Both the position numbers and the translations under genes were made by a program. A stretch of DNA of 64,000 nucleotides. Source: Podarcis pityusensis (lineage: Eukaryota). Location: NCBI GenBank assembly GCA_964106645.2, contig OZ067040.1. One strand, given 5' to 3'. This document shows, piece after piece, positions 14,701-25,505 of the stretch (positions within the stretch are counted from its first letter, which is position 1; each line of letters starts with the position of its first letter). Below the pieces are notes generated by a model. It saw nothing but the letters and a program-made list of their open reading frames with translations. It ran no database searches and had not been told where the DNA came from.

Positions 14701-17649
14701 GGTTGACTGAAAGGAGACCATGCCAGAGCAATGAATCATGAAGATAAACAACAGGTGTCCTCTTGTGTTTCTACATGATTCCCGACTTCCCAGCCAAACC
14801 TTAGCCTTTTATCTCTCAGTGATTTCCATAGGCAAGAGTTCATTCTTCCACAGAAATTTAATGCTGCTTAAAATCCTACCAAACATTTGCCTGTCCCTTC
14901 ATAGGGAAAAGAGTCCACTGCGTATGTCTGGCCACAGCTGCTTCAGGATTGCTATCTTTCTCTCTGTGTGAAATTTCTTGCTTTTATTCAAAGACATAGA
15001 TGAGAGTGGCAAGATGCTTGATTTTCAGAAGGAAACAGAGCTGACCTAACTGTTAAAAGCCCTTCTCCACATACACAATGGTCACCACCAGTTTCCTAAG
15101 TAGCAAAGCTGGGTCCAGGAGTACCCAAGAGTGAACTCCTCTTCTGGCAGTCTTGAGCCCTCCAATAGCTTTACAGCAAAGGAAAATAATCTCAGAACGA
15201 CACAGCCAATCCAGTCGTGTGCTTCCTTAGCAAAAATCGCACCACTTTGCTTGGCTGCTCCACCATCCCTTCTTGGTTAACTGACTTCTTGATAGCAGAA
15301 TTTAACCCTTAAGTCACACATGGAATGATCTCAGCTGTTGCACTTCCAACATGATTGTTCCCAGCAACTTTACTGCTACCCACTGTTGCCAAGCTCCCTG
15401 TCTTGTTTTCTTCCTTCTCTACATTCATCCAAGTCACCTTTTGCTTCTAGCTACAAGAAACTAAAGAACACAGGGCTGCTCTCATGAAGACTATGATGAT
15501 GTTTGCAAGCTATTTGGACTTGGGACCAGCAATATTTAATAGTATTGCAGGATAAAAAATCGACTCCCCTTTCACCAAAAGCGAAAGTAAATTCTTCAGT
15601 GACTGCCAAACACAATTGCAACAAAGAATCCTATATTGGCAGGGCACATAGGAAATATATATAAAAAGAGCTTGTTTTATGTGCTGTCTGGGAGCTTGCA
15701 AGGCAGAAAAGCTTCTGCCTACAAAAGAATACAAATGCTCCAACAAAATAAATCAAAATACTTTTATGTAATTTCCTTCTTTTTAAAAAAAAATCCTCCA
15801 AGGTAGCATGTTAATGCAATGCATTAGAGCTTCCTGGCAACACACAAAAAAAATCATATAATTTACTCTGTACTTACTGCCAACAATAGTTCCAAAACCA
15901 TTGTGATGAATGGGTTCGTTTATTACAAGTGCTAGTGTTCTGGATTAAAGGAATGCCAAATGGGTCTAGGCATTTCAAGAGGAAATAGATATATATGATT
16001 TACAGCAGAAAGTTTGCTGTGGTACCTTGACTTCATATAATCGGAATAAAAGGGGGAGGGAGTCCACATGAAAGCCATTATGTAACAGTATCTTTCTTTA
16101 GTCAAGGAAACATGAACTAAAGCACAATATGCTTTTCATTTCTGTAGAAACAGTGAATACACTTGTTTAGACTGCAAAAGTGAGAAAGATAATGATGTGA
16201 AAACACATTTGTAACAGTTGCTGAACAAACTAGGTTTGGCACAGTTTTGTGTTATAGTCCCTTCTCAAGTAGTAGTGCACTGAGTAGACAAAAGAAAAGT
16301 ACTGTAATTGAAGCACTTAATGTACCTAAACACATTCTTTCCTTTTTAAGGGTCAGAGCACACATTTAACTGACTAAGGATATTAATCAACATAGTGGCT
16401 GGTTTACATTTATCTCCATTCTGGACAGCACAGTTTTCAGACTGTATGCCCTTTGGGGTAGAATTTCCTGTTTAAATTGTGTATGTAGCCATGTACGCTG
16501 ATGGTGCTATATAAATAAATGTTAACAACAACAACCACAGTAAGAACTACTTATCACATGGATCACTACTATCACACTGTGAGTTTCTATGCCAGGAGCA
16601 GGGAACCTCTGGCAGAAAGCACTCAACATGGCACCCCATTCCAAGCAGCCTGCCCATGTTAAGTGTAACTTTTGGTCCAGCAACAATTAATGCCATGCTA
16701 TGTCTTATTCAACCATGACCATAGAAGGAAAAATAGCTGTACTACAACATAGGACCCTTAAAGGAAAGGGGCAATAATTTAAGAGTGCAAGAATCCAGTT
16801 GGATCAGATGAGAGAGAGAGGTGGTGGGATATTTTTTTTCTATGCCAAAGTGTCACTTTTGAAAAAAAGACAGCTTGTGAGTATTATGTTAGAGCTTTAT
16901 TAAAAAATATGTTAAAAAATATATTAGAACTCATGCACTACCCAATGAAGTGGGTTGGCAGCATATTTAAGCTGGATGAATACATAATTAATTTATAGAA
17001 TTGAATACAGTTCTGGGGGACAGGTCTGTTGATGGGTATTAGCCTGCAGGCTAATGGAATAAATGGGAATGTGCCTCTGAATGCCAGTTGCTGGGAGGTA
17101 AACAATGAGAGAGGGTTTCCCAGAAGCATCTGCTTGGCCACTGTTGAAACACAATGCTAGAGTAGGTATCCAACAGGGTTTTGCTCAAGTTCTTTCTTAT
17201 ATCCATCTACTTCGGAATCCTTTCCTAAACACTGGCCAAACAGATGCTTCCAGGAACTCCACAACAAGCCATTCATGAAAGCAACACCCCCTCCTTGTTG
17301 TTTGTCCCCAGCATATGTTATTCAGCAGTGTTATTCAGTAGTATACAAAATAGCATTTAAAGGGCAAAATATTTAACTTAATGCAAACACATGCACACAA
17401 TCTAGTTTATGTGACTCACTTGTCTCTCTTTTCTTTCTGCCTTAGTATAGCTGACTACTCATGAGGTGGGGCATGTGGACACCATGCGACCAGCTGAAAT
17501 CTTGATCAATTTCCCTTCCAGGATACAAGTACCAAGATACTCTCAAAGCATGATGACACAGATTTGAGAGTAAAAACCTGATAGGGGGCATTGCCAGATT
17601 ATCAGAGGCCAGGTTAAGGAATTAAGACAGAAAGAGCAATCTAGAACTG

Positions 17650-18189
17650 TGAAGGGAAGTTTTCTTTCTGCAGTTCTCTCACTGTGAAGTTCTCTTTCTG
17701 CAGTTCTCTTACTGCACATAACTCTTGGATTCTGGGAAGTCTTGCTCATAATCTTTTCTCTGCTTCTGCACAAGAGTCTGAGAATGTTCTGAACAGTTCC
17801 CATTGAGTTCATGAAACAGTGTATCCTGACCTGTTCTTAATGCATTGCTGACCACATTTACGGAACGTGATTGTTGTATTCCTTCATGTTATGTTCTCTC
17901 AATATCAATCTTTAGTTATAATTTAATTAGGAGGATTCATGCCTGTCTAGCTCCAGCTCCGTTCCCAGTCTTTGAACTATCAGTGATTAATGTAATATGT
18001 TATTCCCGCCTTGTACCTATGTTAACCAATCAGCAACAAGATGCTTTGTGTTTGTATCAACCAATCAGCCACAAGCACACCTGTGGCAATGTTTGTAATA
18101 TTCAGTAAAAGAGAGTTCCCGGGGCTTGCCCCGGCAGACGCCTCTCCTTTGACACTCACCACTCGTCTGTCGTGATTTTCAACCCAACA
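17650..18189 (+). repeat. 5' LTR (540 bp)
   Basis: TGAAGG...CCCAACA. ~30-bp tandem repeat at the U3 start, two AACCAATCAGC CCAAT boxes, AGTAAA at 18104-18109. No difference from the 3' LTR seen by eye. Confidence 0.97.
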
Positions 18190-18191
18190 TC

Positions 18192-18208
18192 TGGTGACCC
18201 CTGACGTG
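18192..18208 (+). promoter_or_regulatory. Primer-binding site, tRNA-Trp-like
   Basis: TGGTGACCCCTGACGTG lies 2 nt after the LTR. It matches the ASLV tRNA-Trp PBS TGGTGACCCCGACGTGAT with one extra T. Confidence 0.8.
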
Positions 18209-18279
18209 CCAGATCCCTTACGCAGCCAAACCTCATACTTCACCCGACTGGAAAAGTCTCAGCGCGCTACTTCGTGAGT

Positions 18280-19725
18280 ATGGGAGGGGACTTGACTAAA
18301 TTCCAGAAAGAGCATGCTAAAGAATTGCTTTATTTAGTTAGACAGCAGGAGGTGGGTGTTAATATTTCCTTAAAAGAAATTGAACGATTGCTATGTGAGA
18401 TTAATTGCCAATGCTCCTTTTATCCTGAGGCTGGTTCCTTGGAGGTAGAGACTTGGCAAAAGATCGGAAAGACCCTGTTTGCTGAACCTAGGGCTCCGAT
18501 TCATTGTCTGCTCACTTGGCAGAAATGTGCTGATGCCGTTGCTAAATTACCACAGGCGTCTCGCTCGCCACCAGCACTTTTCGCCATCGCAGACAATCCC
18601 CCCCCTTACCCGAAACTTTTACCTCCTTCTCCCAGCCAATCCCTCCCTGCGTCTCATCCTCCTCAGCCTGATTCCTCCCCCCCCATCCCTCCTCCTCCTG
18701 CCACAGCCCCTGTTTGCTCTATAGGAGCTGTGCGCGCTGCGCTCTCTCTGGCAAGGCAGAAAGGGCTCCTGTCCTTAGAGGAGGAGTCTGAGTGGCCAGG
18801 TGAAATGCCATCTGCTTTCCCTATCTCTTATTCAAACCCTGGAACTGCTCAACAGCAGATTTATTATGAATCGCTTCCTTATTCTGTAATGAGGGAATTA
18901 AGGAAAGCCATTGCTGATTCTGGTCTGAAATCCTCTTATGTGACGGGAATGCTAGAGAGCATAGCAACTGGTTACATTATGCTACCTCAGGACTGGAAAG
19001 ACCTGATGCGCATGCTTTTGTCCCCTGCTCAGTATGTGGTGTTTGAGAGTGAATTTAAACATAGCGCTTCAGCCCTGTCTGATCCGCAACATACTGCCAA
19101 TGAACTTTATGGCGCTGGTCAGTTTGCTGATATAACTGCCCAAGCAACACTGACACCTGTACATTTTGTTCGCACCGCGACCTGTGTACAACGCGCCTTT
19201 CGGAAAGTCCCTGTTTCTGGGCAACCGCTGAGCTCCTTTGTAAATATTAAGCAACAGCATTCGGAGCCATACCATCAGTTTATAGATAGATTGAAAGAAT
19301 CAGTCACTAGGCAGATTGATAACACCACTGCTCAAAATGAATTGATGAAAAAATTGGCCTTTGAAAACGCAAACACTGATTGCAAGAAAGCTTTGCAGTC
19401 AATCATACATCGCCCTAAATATGAACTGGCCGATATGATTCAAGCTTGTGCGGATGTCGGTAGCCAGAGCCATGCGATGTCTTTGCTTGCCGGCGCAATC
19501 CAAGCAACCTCTAAGCCTACTGGTAACTGCTTTAATTGCAAGCGCCCAGGCCATTTTGCCAAGCAATGCAGAGCCCCTGGCGGGGGGGCACACAAGGATG
19601 GTGCTGCCTCTAAGGCTAAACCTTCTAAAAAGTGCCCGAAATGTGGCAAAGGCTATCATTGGGCTAATCAATGCCGGAGTTCGGGAAACTGCATTACGGC
19701 CTCTCTCTCGGGCCAGGGCAATTAG
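18280..19725 (+). CDS. gag: Gag polyprotein (481 aa), betaretrovirus-like
   Basis: Met-Gly start, PPPY late domain, MHR (IKQQHSEPYHQFIDRL), and two CCHC knuckles (CFNCKRPGHFAKQC, CPKCGKGYHWANQC). Splice-donor-like GTGAGT immediately upstream (18274-18279). Confidence 0.95.
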   Translation: MGGDLTKFQKEHAKELLYLVRQQEVGVNISLKEIERLLCEINCQCSFYPEAGSLEVETWQKIGKTLFAEPRAPIHCLLTWQKCADAVAKLPQASRSPPALFAIADNPPPYPKLLPPSPSQSLPASHPPQPDSSPPIPPPPATAPVCSIGAVRAALSLARQKGLLSLEEESEWPGEMPSAFPISYSNPGTAQQQIYYESLPYSVMRELRKAIADSGLKSSYVTGMLESIATGYIMLPQDWKDLMRMLLSPAQYVVFESEFKHSASALSDPQHTANELYGAGQFADITAQATLTPVHFVRTATCVQRAFRKVPVSGQPLSSFVNIKQQHSEPYHQFIDRLKESVTRQIDNTTAQNELMKKLAFENANTDCKKALQSIIHRPKYELADMIQACADVGSQSHAMSLLAGAIQATSKPTGNCFNCKRPGHFAKQCRAPGGGAHKDGAASKAKPSKKCPKCGKGYHWANQCRSSGNCITASLSGQGN

Positions 19726-19730
19726 AGAGA
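19683..19730 (+). promoter_or_regulatory. -1 ribosomal frameshift signal (G GGA AAC plus predicted pseudoknot)
   Basis: Heptamer in gag register at 19683-19689; pro is in the -1 frame. Stems GGCC/GGCC and TCTCTCT/AGAGAGA lie downstream. Confidence 0.8.
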
Positions 19731-20453
19731 TTTCCACCTTTAATTTCTGCTGCTGCAAACTTTTCAAAAAACACACCCTCTGAATTTGCCATTGATTTGA
19801 TCAATCAAGAGACCAAAGACTCTGTTTTACCTGGTGAAATTGTGCTTATGCCCACTCAATTGGCAGGTCCCCTGCCTCCTAAAGTCGCAGGTTTAATTTT
19901 ACCCAAATTTTCTGCGGCAAAGGAAGGAATCCAGGTTATTCCTGGAGTTCTGGATCCTGACTATGTAGGCACAATAATGGTTCAACTCTGGAGCCATATG
20001 CCCATGCAATTAAAAAAGGGTGAGTCTTGGGCGCATTTGGTGGTGCTCCCTTCTCATCCTACTGCTTCTATTATGGATACTAATTTGCACGAGCTCTCTT
20101 CTTTCCCTCCACAGCTGTTAGCTGTAGTCCAGAGGATTGGTGAGAAGAAACTTCTTCGTAAGTATAAAATCAATGGTATTGTGCTGGAAGGCTTGATTGA
20201 CACAGGCGCAGACGTTTCTGTAATTTCTAGTAGTTGCTGGGACCCCACGTGGCCCCTTGAGTCTGCCTCTGCTGTCTGGGGTGTGGGTGGCCCCCAAACC
20301 TCTTCCAAAAGCGTACAGTGGCTGCCTGTTTCTCTGCCTGATAGCTCTGAAACCATTGCTTACATCCAGCCCTGTGTGCTGAAAATCCACCTCAATCTGT
20401 GGGGAAGAGACTTACTACAGCAATTACAAGCTACCATTCAATTTAATGAGTAA
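19683..20453 (+). CDS. pro: dUTPase-like domain plus aspartic protease (pro), expressed by frameshift
   Basis: GVLDPDYVGTI (dUTPase motif 3), LIDTGADVSVI (catalytic DTG) and NLWGRDLL. The frame is open to the TAA at 20451-20453. Confidence 0.93.
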   Translation, partial: GKLHYGLSLGPGQLERFPPLISAAANFSKNTPSEFAIDLINQETKDSVLPGEIVLMPTQLAGPLPPKVAGLILPKFSAAKEGIQVIPGVLDPDYVGTIMVQLWSHMPMQLKKGESWAHLVVLPSHPTASIMDTNLHELSSFPPQLLAVVQRIGEKKLLRKYKINGIVLEGLIDTGADVSVISSSCWDPTWPLESASAVWGVGGPQTSSKSVQWLPVSLPDSSETIAYIQPCVLKIHLNLWGRDLLQQLQATIQFNE

Positions 20454-20495
20454 GCTTGCACTTCCCCTCAACTGGAAATCTTCTGGTCGTGTCCT

Positions 20496-21241
20496 GGCTA
20501 TACGTTTAATCACATTCCAGCAAACATCAGCCATGGCACACCTTGCTGTTTAAGCTGTTTGTCCATCATTTTATCGCTGCAATATTTAATTGACTAATGA
20601 TTGTGATGCTTTTGTCTCTCTTCTCAGTAGGTCTGAATATATCTCTTTAGCTGTTTCTCTCTTAGGAGTCCCTGGATTGGCTGTACGGAATCGAATGAAC
20701 ATTATTTCTTTAGCTCATTATGCAGCAAAAACCCTGAATTTTACTTCACAACCTCTTCACCTTTTGAATAAAGAACAGAGTGGACTATATAATGGACTTT
20801 TACGAAATCGTGCTGCTATCACTATTTGCTGATACTTCATCATTATGGCTGTGAACAAGTGAATGACATGTGTTGTTTCAATATTACTGACAATTCAAGA
20901 GCCATTCAAAGTCAAATCCCTCATTTGCAAAATCTTACACATCACATTAAACAGGACATTGGTTTTCCTGGCCTCTGGGATTACACATTAAACAGGACAT
21001 TGATTTTCCTGGCCTCTGGGATTCTTTCACCCAGTGGCTTACCGCTTGGTTGCCAAACTTGAATTGGCTTCGTAATCTCTTTCAATATGCTATTTTTATA
21101 ATTTGTATTCTTATTTTACTATGCTGTTTCCTTCAATGCGTTCCTAGCCTCCTGAGTCTTTTCTCTCGGCTTCTCTCCCCCCCTCCACCACCCAGTAAAC
21201 TCCTTGCTGCTTACATTGCGAAATGGCAACACCAACAGTAA
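20496..21241 (+). pseudogene. env: env remnant (SU C-terminus and TM), ASLV-like gamma-type TM
   Basis: ISD-like LRNRAAI|DYLL is restored by adding one base at 20820/20821. CX6CC motif CEQVNDMCCFNITD and membrane anchor YAIFIICILILLCCFLQC. A ~41-bp tandem duplication lies at ~20943-21023. Confidence 0.88.
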
Positions 21242-21407
21242 ACCTTAGGGGAGATGTGGGCGGATTTATTTTGGGCATGCGCTGGCAAACCACGTATCCT
21301 GAAGTATTTTTGCCCCATCGACCCTGGCAGGCTTATTTCGGGCATTCGCTGGCACACCACTAATCCCGAAGTATTTTTGCCTTATCTACCTAGAACGCCT
21401 CGCAAAC

Positions 21408-21426
21408 AAGAAAAGAAAGGGGGAGA
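21408..21426 (+). promoter_or_regulatory. Polypurine tract
   Basis: AAGAAAAGAAAGGGGGAGA immediately before the 3' LTR. Confidence 0.92.
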
Positions 21427-21966
21427 TGAAGGGAAGTTTTCTTTCTGCAGTTCTCTCACTGTGAAGTTCTCTTTCTGCAGTTCTCTTACTGCACATAACT
21501 CTTGGATTCTGGGAAGTCTTGCTCATAATCTTTTCTCTGCTTCTGCACAAGAGTCTGAGAATGTTCTGAACAGTTCCCATTGAGTTCATGAAACAGTGTA
21601 TCCTGACCTGTTCTTAATGCATTGCTGACCACATTTACGGAACGTGATTGTTGTATTCCTTCATGTTATGTTCTCTCAATATCAATCTTTAGTTATAATT
21701 TAATTAGGAGGATTCATGCCTGTCTAGCTCCAGCTCCGTTCCCAGTCTTTGAACTATCAGTGATTAATGTAATATGTTATTCCCGCCTTGTACCTATGTT
21801 AACCAATCAGCAACAAGATGCTTTGTGTTTGTATCAACCAATCAGCCACAAGCACACCTGTGGCAATGTTTGTAATATTCAGTAAAAGAGAGTTCCCGGG
21901 GCTTGCCCCGGCAGACGCCTCTCCTTTGACACTCACCACTCGTCTGTCGTGATTTTCAACCCAACA
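21427..21966 (+). repeat. 3' LTR (540 bp)
   Basis: Direct repeat of 17650-18189, followed by TSD GAACTG. Confidence 0.97.
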
Positions 21967-22194
21967 GAACTGAAAGCAGGTAAGTGGTGCAAAAGGAGTA
22001 GAATAGCCTAAAAGTGGATTGTATCCAAAGTAGTTCCATCAGCACAATGATTTACACTTGCACAACATAACTTTTCCACATCTCCTCCCTCTTTGCCCCC
22101 CAAATCTGTTCTGGGTCCCCTCCCCCATCCTCTGGAGCAGATTTGGGGAGACAACATTCCACTGCACAAGTATAAATCCTTCCGCTAATGAATT

Positions 22195-22271
22195 AAGACA
22201 GGAGTGCCTGGCGTGCTCTGGTCCATGGGGTCACAAAGAGTCGGACACGACTAAACGACTAAACAACAACA
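22195..22271 (+). mobile_element. BovB 3'-end fragment
   Basis: Reverse complement of the BovB 3' terminus near 8955-9030, with a (AAC)n tail. Confidence 0.8.
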
Positions 22272-22368
22272 ATGGATTAAGGGCACCAGATATGCCCAGT
22301 GTTTCTTCTTAATGATGAGAATGAAATAGTATCCAAATAGCCTCTAAGAATGTCTCATAGGGAATCTG

Positions 22369-22600
22369 GCACAGGGCCTTCTTGGTAGTGGTGCCCACCC
22401 TGTGGAATGCCCTCCTACCAGATGTTAAGGAGATGAGTAATTATATAACATTTAGGAAACATCAGAAGGCAGCCATATATAGGGAAGCTTTTTAAGGTTT
22501 AATCTTTTATTATGCCTTTATATATGCTGGAAGTCGCCCAGAGTGGCTGGGGCAACCCAGTCAGATGGGTGGGGTACGAATAATAAATTATTATTATTAT
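22369..22600 (+). mobile_element. L2-clade LINE 3' fragment
   Basis: RAF-V-P-LWNALP C-terminus and (ATT)n tail; same family as 23374-23790 and 48744-49115. Confidence 0.75.
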
Positions 22601-22739
22601 CATCTGAATATAAGGAGAGCACTGCTATACCAGACCAAAGGCCTATTTGGCACAGTATCCTGTTTCCTAACATGGCCAACCAGATGTATCCAGAAAGCCT
22701 AAAACTAATATATGCTATTCAGGGGCATGTAACCATATA

Positions 22740-22981
22740 CAGTGGTACCTCGGGTTAAGTACTTAATTCGGTCCGGAGGTCCGTACTTAACCTGAAACTG
22801 TTCTTAACCTGAAGCACCACTTTAGCTAATGGGGCCTCCTGCTGCCGCCACGCCACCAGAGCACGATCTCTGTTCTCATCCTGAAGCAAAGTTCTTAACC
22901 TGAAGAACTATTTCTGGGTTAGCGGAGTCTGTAACCTGAAGCATATGTAAGCTGAAGCGTATGTAACCTGAGATACCACTG
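22740..22981. mobile_element. Tc1/mariner-type MITE
   Basis: Imperfect TIRs CAGTGGTACCTCGGGTTA...TAACCTGAGATACCACTG, with TA on both sides. Confidence 0.85.
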
Positions 22982-23372
22982 TAACTCTTTACAACAGGTG
23001 TCTTCTTAAAGAACTCCAATTAATTTTATAACAGAAGTACAGGAAGATTTGTCCTAGTATCTTGAGACAAAGTGACAGGAACACAAGAGTTTAACACCCC
23101 TGAGCCATATGTCAGATCAGGGCCCAGATTCACAGCCTTTCTCCCTAGCAGTTATACTATGCTTTTCTCTACTAGAAAAATATCTTCATATTACTGTGCC
23201 ATTACGAGCTGGATGCAAGGTTTTCCTGGGAATAAATGGATGGAAATACTGAAGTTCCCTCATACCAGACCTTCCTGATCAGGTAGCACTACTGAACATA
23301 GAAGGCATGTAGAGGATTGCTGACCCAATATGTCTTCTATAACAAATGATTGGTTTCATTTTGTTTTGGGGA

Positions 23373-23373
<1 letters not shown>

Positions 23374-23414
<41 letters not shown>

Positions 23415-23790
23415 TTATTATGTATACCCCGCCCATCTGGCTGGGTTTCCCCAGCCTCTCTAGGTGGTTCCAGCAGAATATTAAAATACAATGATTCATC
23501 CAGTATTAAAAGCTTCCCTAAACAGGGCTGCCTTCAGATGTCTTCTAAAAGTCCGATAGTTGTTTATTTCTGATGGGAGGGCGTTCCACAGGGTGGGCGC
23601 CACTACTGAGAAGGCCCTCTGCCTGGTTCCCTGTAACTTCGCTTCTCACAGTGAGGGAACTGCCAGAAGGGCCTTGGCACTGGACCTCAGTCTGGGCAGA
23701 ATGATGGGGGTGGAGACTCTCCTTCAGGAATACTGGGCAGAGGCTGTTTAGGGCTTTAAAGGTCAGCACCAACACTTTGAATTGTGCCCA
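23374..23790 (-). mobile_element. L2-clade LINE 3' fragment with (ATT)n tail
   Basis: Reverse complement of the 48744-49115 element; the tail has expanded into an (AAT)n microsatellite. Confidence 0.8.
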
Positions 23791-24874
23791 GAAAGTACAA
23801 ATGAGCAGATATCCTGAGCAGAAAATATCCTGAATGTATTTCTCTTTTTGTAAAACATGATTTGTTCATACAATCTATATACTAATAAAATATTTTCTTA
23901 TCCAACGCCCAAGAAAACTCCAATGACATTTTAATTAAAATAATTTATAGCCACACTATCACCAACAGATGCACATTATCATGTAAAAATAAATAAATAA
24001 ATACACCTGCAGTGAAACCAATATATTTGCCTACAAATGACTATCCATGTCTCAAAATGATAACAGATGAAGAAACGTCAGAAGATGGATTAATGGCCCA
24101 TAAATGTGGGCCAATGCTTACATTATAGGAAATACATACTTTCACAAATCACTAATCTTAATATTTGGTATAACCTTTCAGAAATTTACATGCTGAGAAC
24201 CTTAAAGGACCAATAATTCTGGGAATCTACCATGCTGCAATCACTACAACCTCTTTGCATTTCACTGATAAGTGGAAAATATAACTCGCAACTGAACCTT
24301 TGGGTTCTATCACATTCACTCTGTATTTCTGCCTAACTGTTCTAGTATATGTGCTGCCGAAGTTAGCATGTCTTTCTAACTGTTCAGCTTAAGTATTATC
24401 ACTTGGTTAAAAGTAGAGAGAATTAAAAAACAACACAGTGCATTGAACAGCTATGTCTTTACTTGCTGACAGCTATTGCTTGATTCAGTTATGCAGTAAC
24501 AAAACACTCCAATTAAAGGAGCAGAAATGGGGGGGGGGGGGTATTGTATAAAAATCTTTAAGAATTGTCCAAGTATTGTAAATTACATCCTACTGCTGAG
24601 TACTAATGTCGTCGTCAGCACTCCTAACCATGAACTTGGCTTTTGAATGCTGACGGATTGTAGCCAAAATGGGGACCATTAAACAACCAGAGGCGGTTAT
24701 CAGCACATCTGCAGGAACACTGAGATTTGCAGAAGTAAAAAAGAAATAATTTTTAAAAGCCTAAGGGGGCAACCCTCTCACAAGCAAGGACGGAGCAGGC
24801 TTAGTAGCCATGGAACGTAGAGTAACAATTGGAAAAGAATAACTGGGGACAGTGAAATATCTCTCTGGGACCCT

Positions 24875-25074
24875 NNNNNNNNNNNNNNNNNNNNNNNNNN
24901 NNNNNNNNNNNNNNNNNNNNNNNNNNNNNNNNNNNNNNNNNNNNNNNNNNNNNNNNNNNNNNNNNNNNNNNNNNNNNNNNNNNNNNNNNNNNNNNNNNNN
25001 NNNNNNNNNNNNNNNNNNNNNNNNNNNNNNNNNNNNNNNNNNNNNNNNNNNNNNNNNNNNNNNNNNNNNNNNNN
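24875..25074. other. Assembly gap (200 N)
   Basis: Run of N. Confidence 1.
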
Positions 25075-25505
25075 CCTCTGTTAATTTCTTGTATTGAACT
25101 TCTGCTACCTTTTTATTTATTAGTAAATTAGTGAACTAACACAATGATGCTTTACGTAGGACAGAATACTAATAACAAAAATAATTATCTGGCCAAATAA
25201 CCTCTGTAGTTCTGGACTATTTGCATTTCTGAACATGTCTTCACTACAAATACAAACAACTACTAATATTGGCTTTTATATCTATTTCTTCATTAATGAC
25301 TTTCTGTTTTAGAAGACTGTTTTTTATATGTTTTCCTGCATAACTAAGAATCATGACAGTAACAGAATAGGAAAATTTCTTTAAACCTAGAATATCTTTT
25401 CTTTAAAGCAGCAGAATTAGCAAGATTTGTTTGACTAATTTTTGTGTGTGCTACTGTGCTAGTTTTCATCGAACTGCTCTGAGACCTGCGGGTATTAGGT
25501 GGTGG

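Larger units (their letters stand above)
17650..21966 (+). mobile_element. Endogenous retrovirus (class II-like), pol-deleted provirus, antisense in a KCNK2 intron
   Basis: Two TG...CA LTRs, 6-bp TSD GAACTG (17644-17649, 21967-21972), PBS, gag, pro, env remnant and PPT. Confidence 0.97.

Noticed and set aside
17845-18108. 87-aa ORF repeated in both LTRs (possible sag-like LTR gene)
   Set aside because: Non-ATG start and no recognisable motif; the repetition only reflects LTR identity.
20440-20453. AATTTA at the end of pro, resembling the RSV slippery site
   Set aside because: Not a valid X XXY YYZ heptamer in register, and the RT-like stub is not in the -1 frame.
24852-25097. ORF spanning N bases
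   Set aside because: Artefact of the assembly gap.
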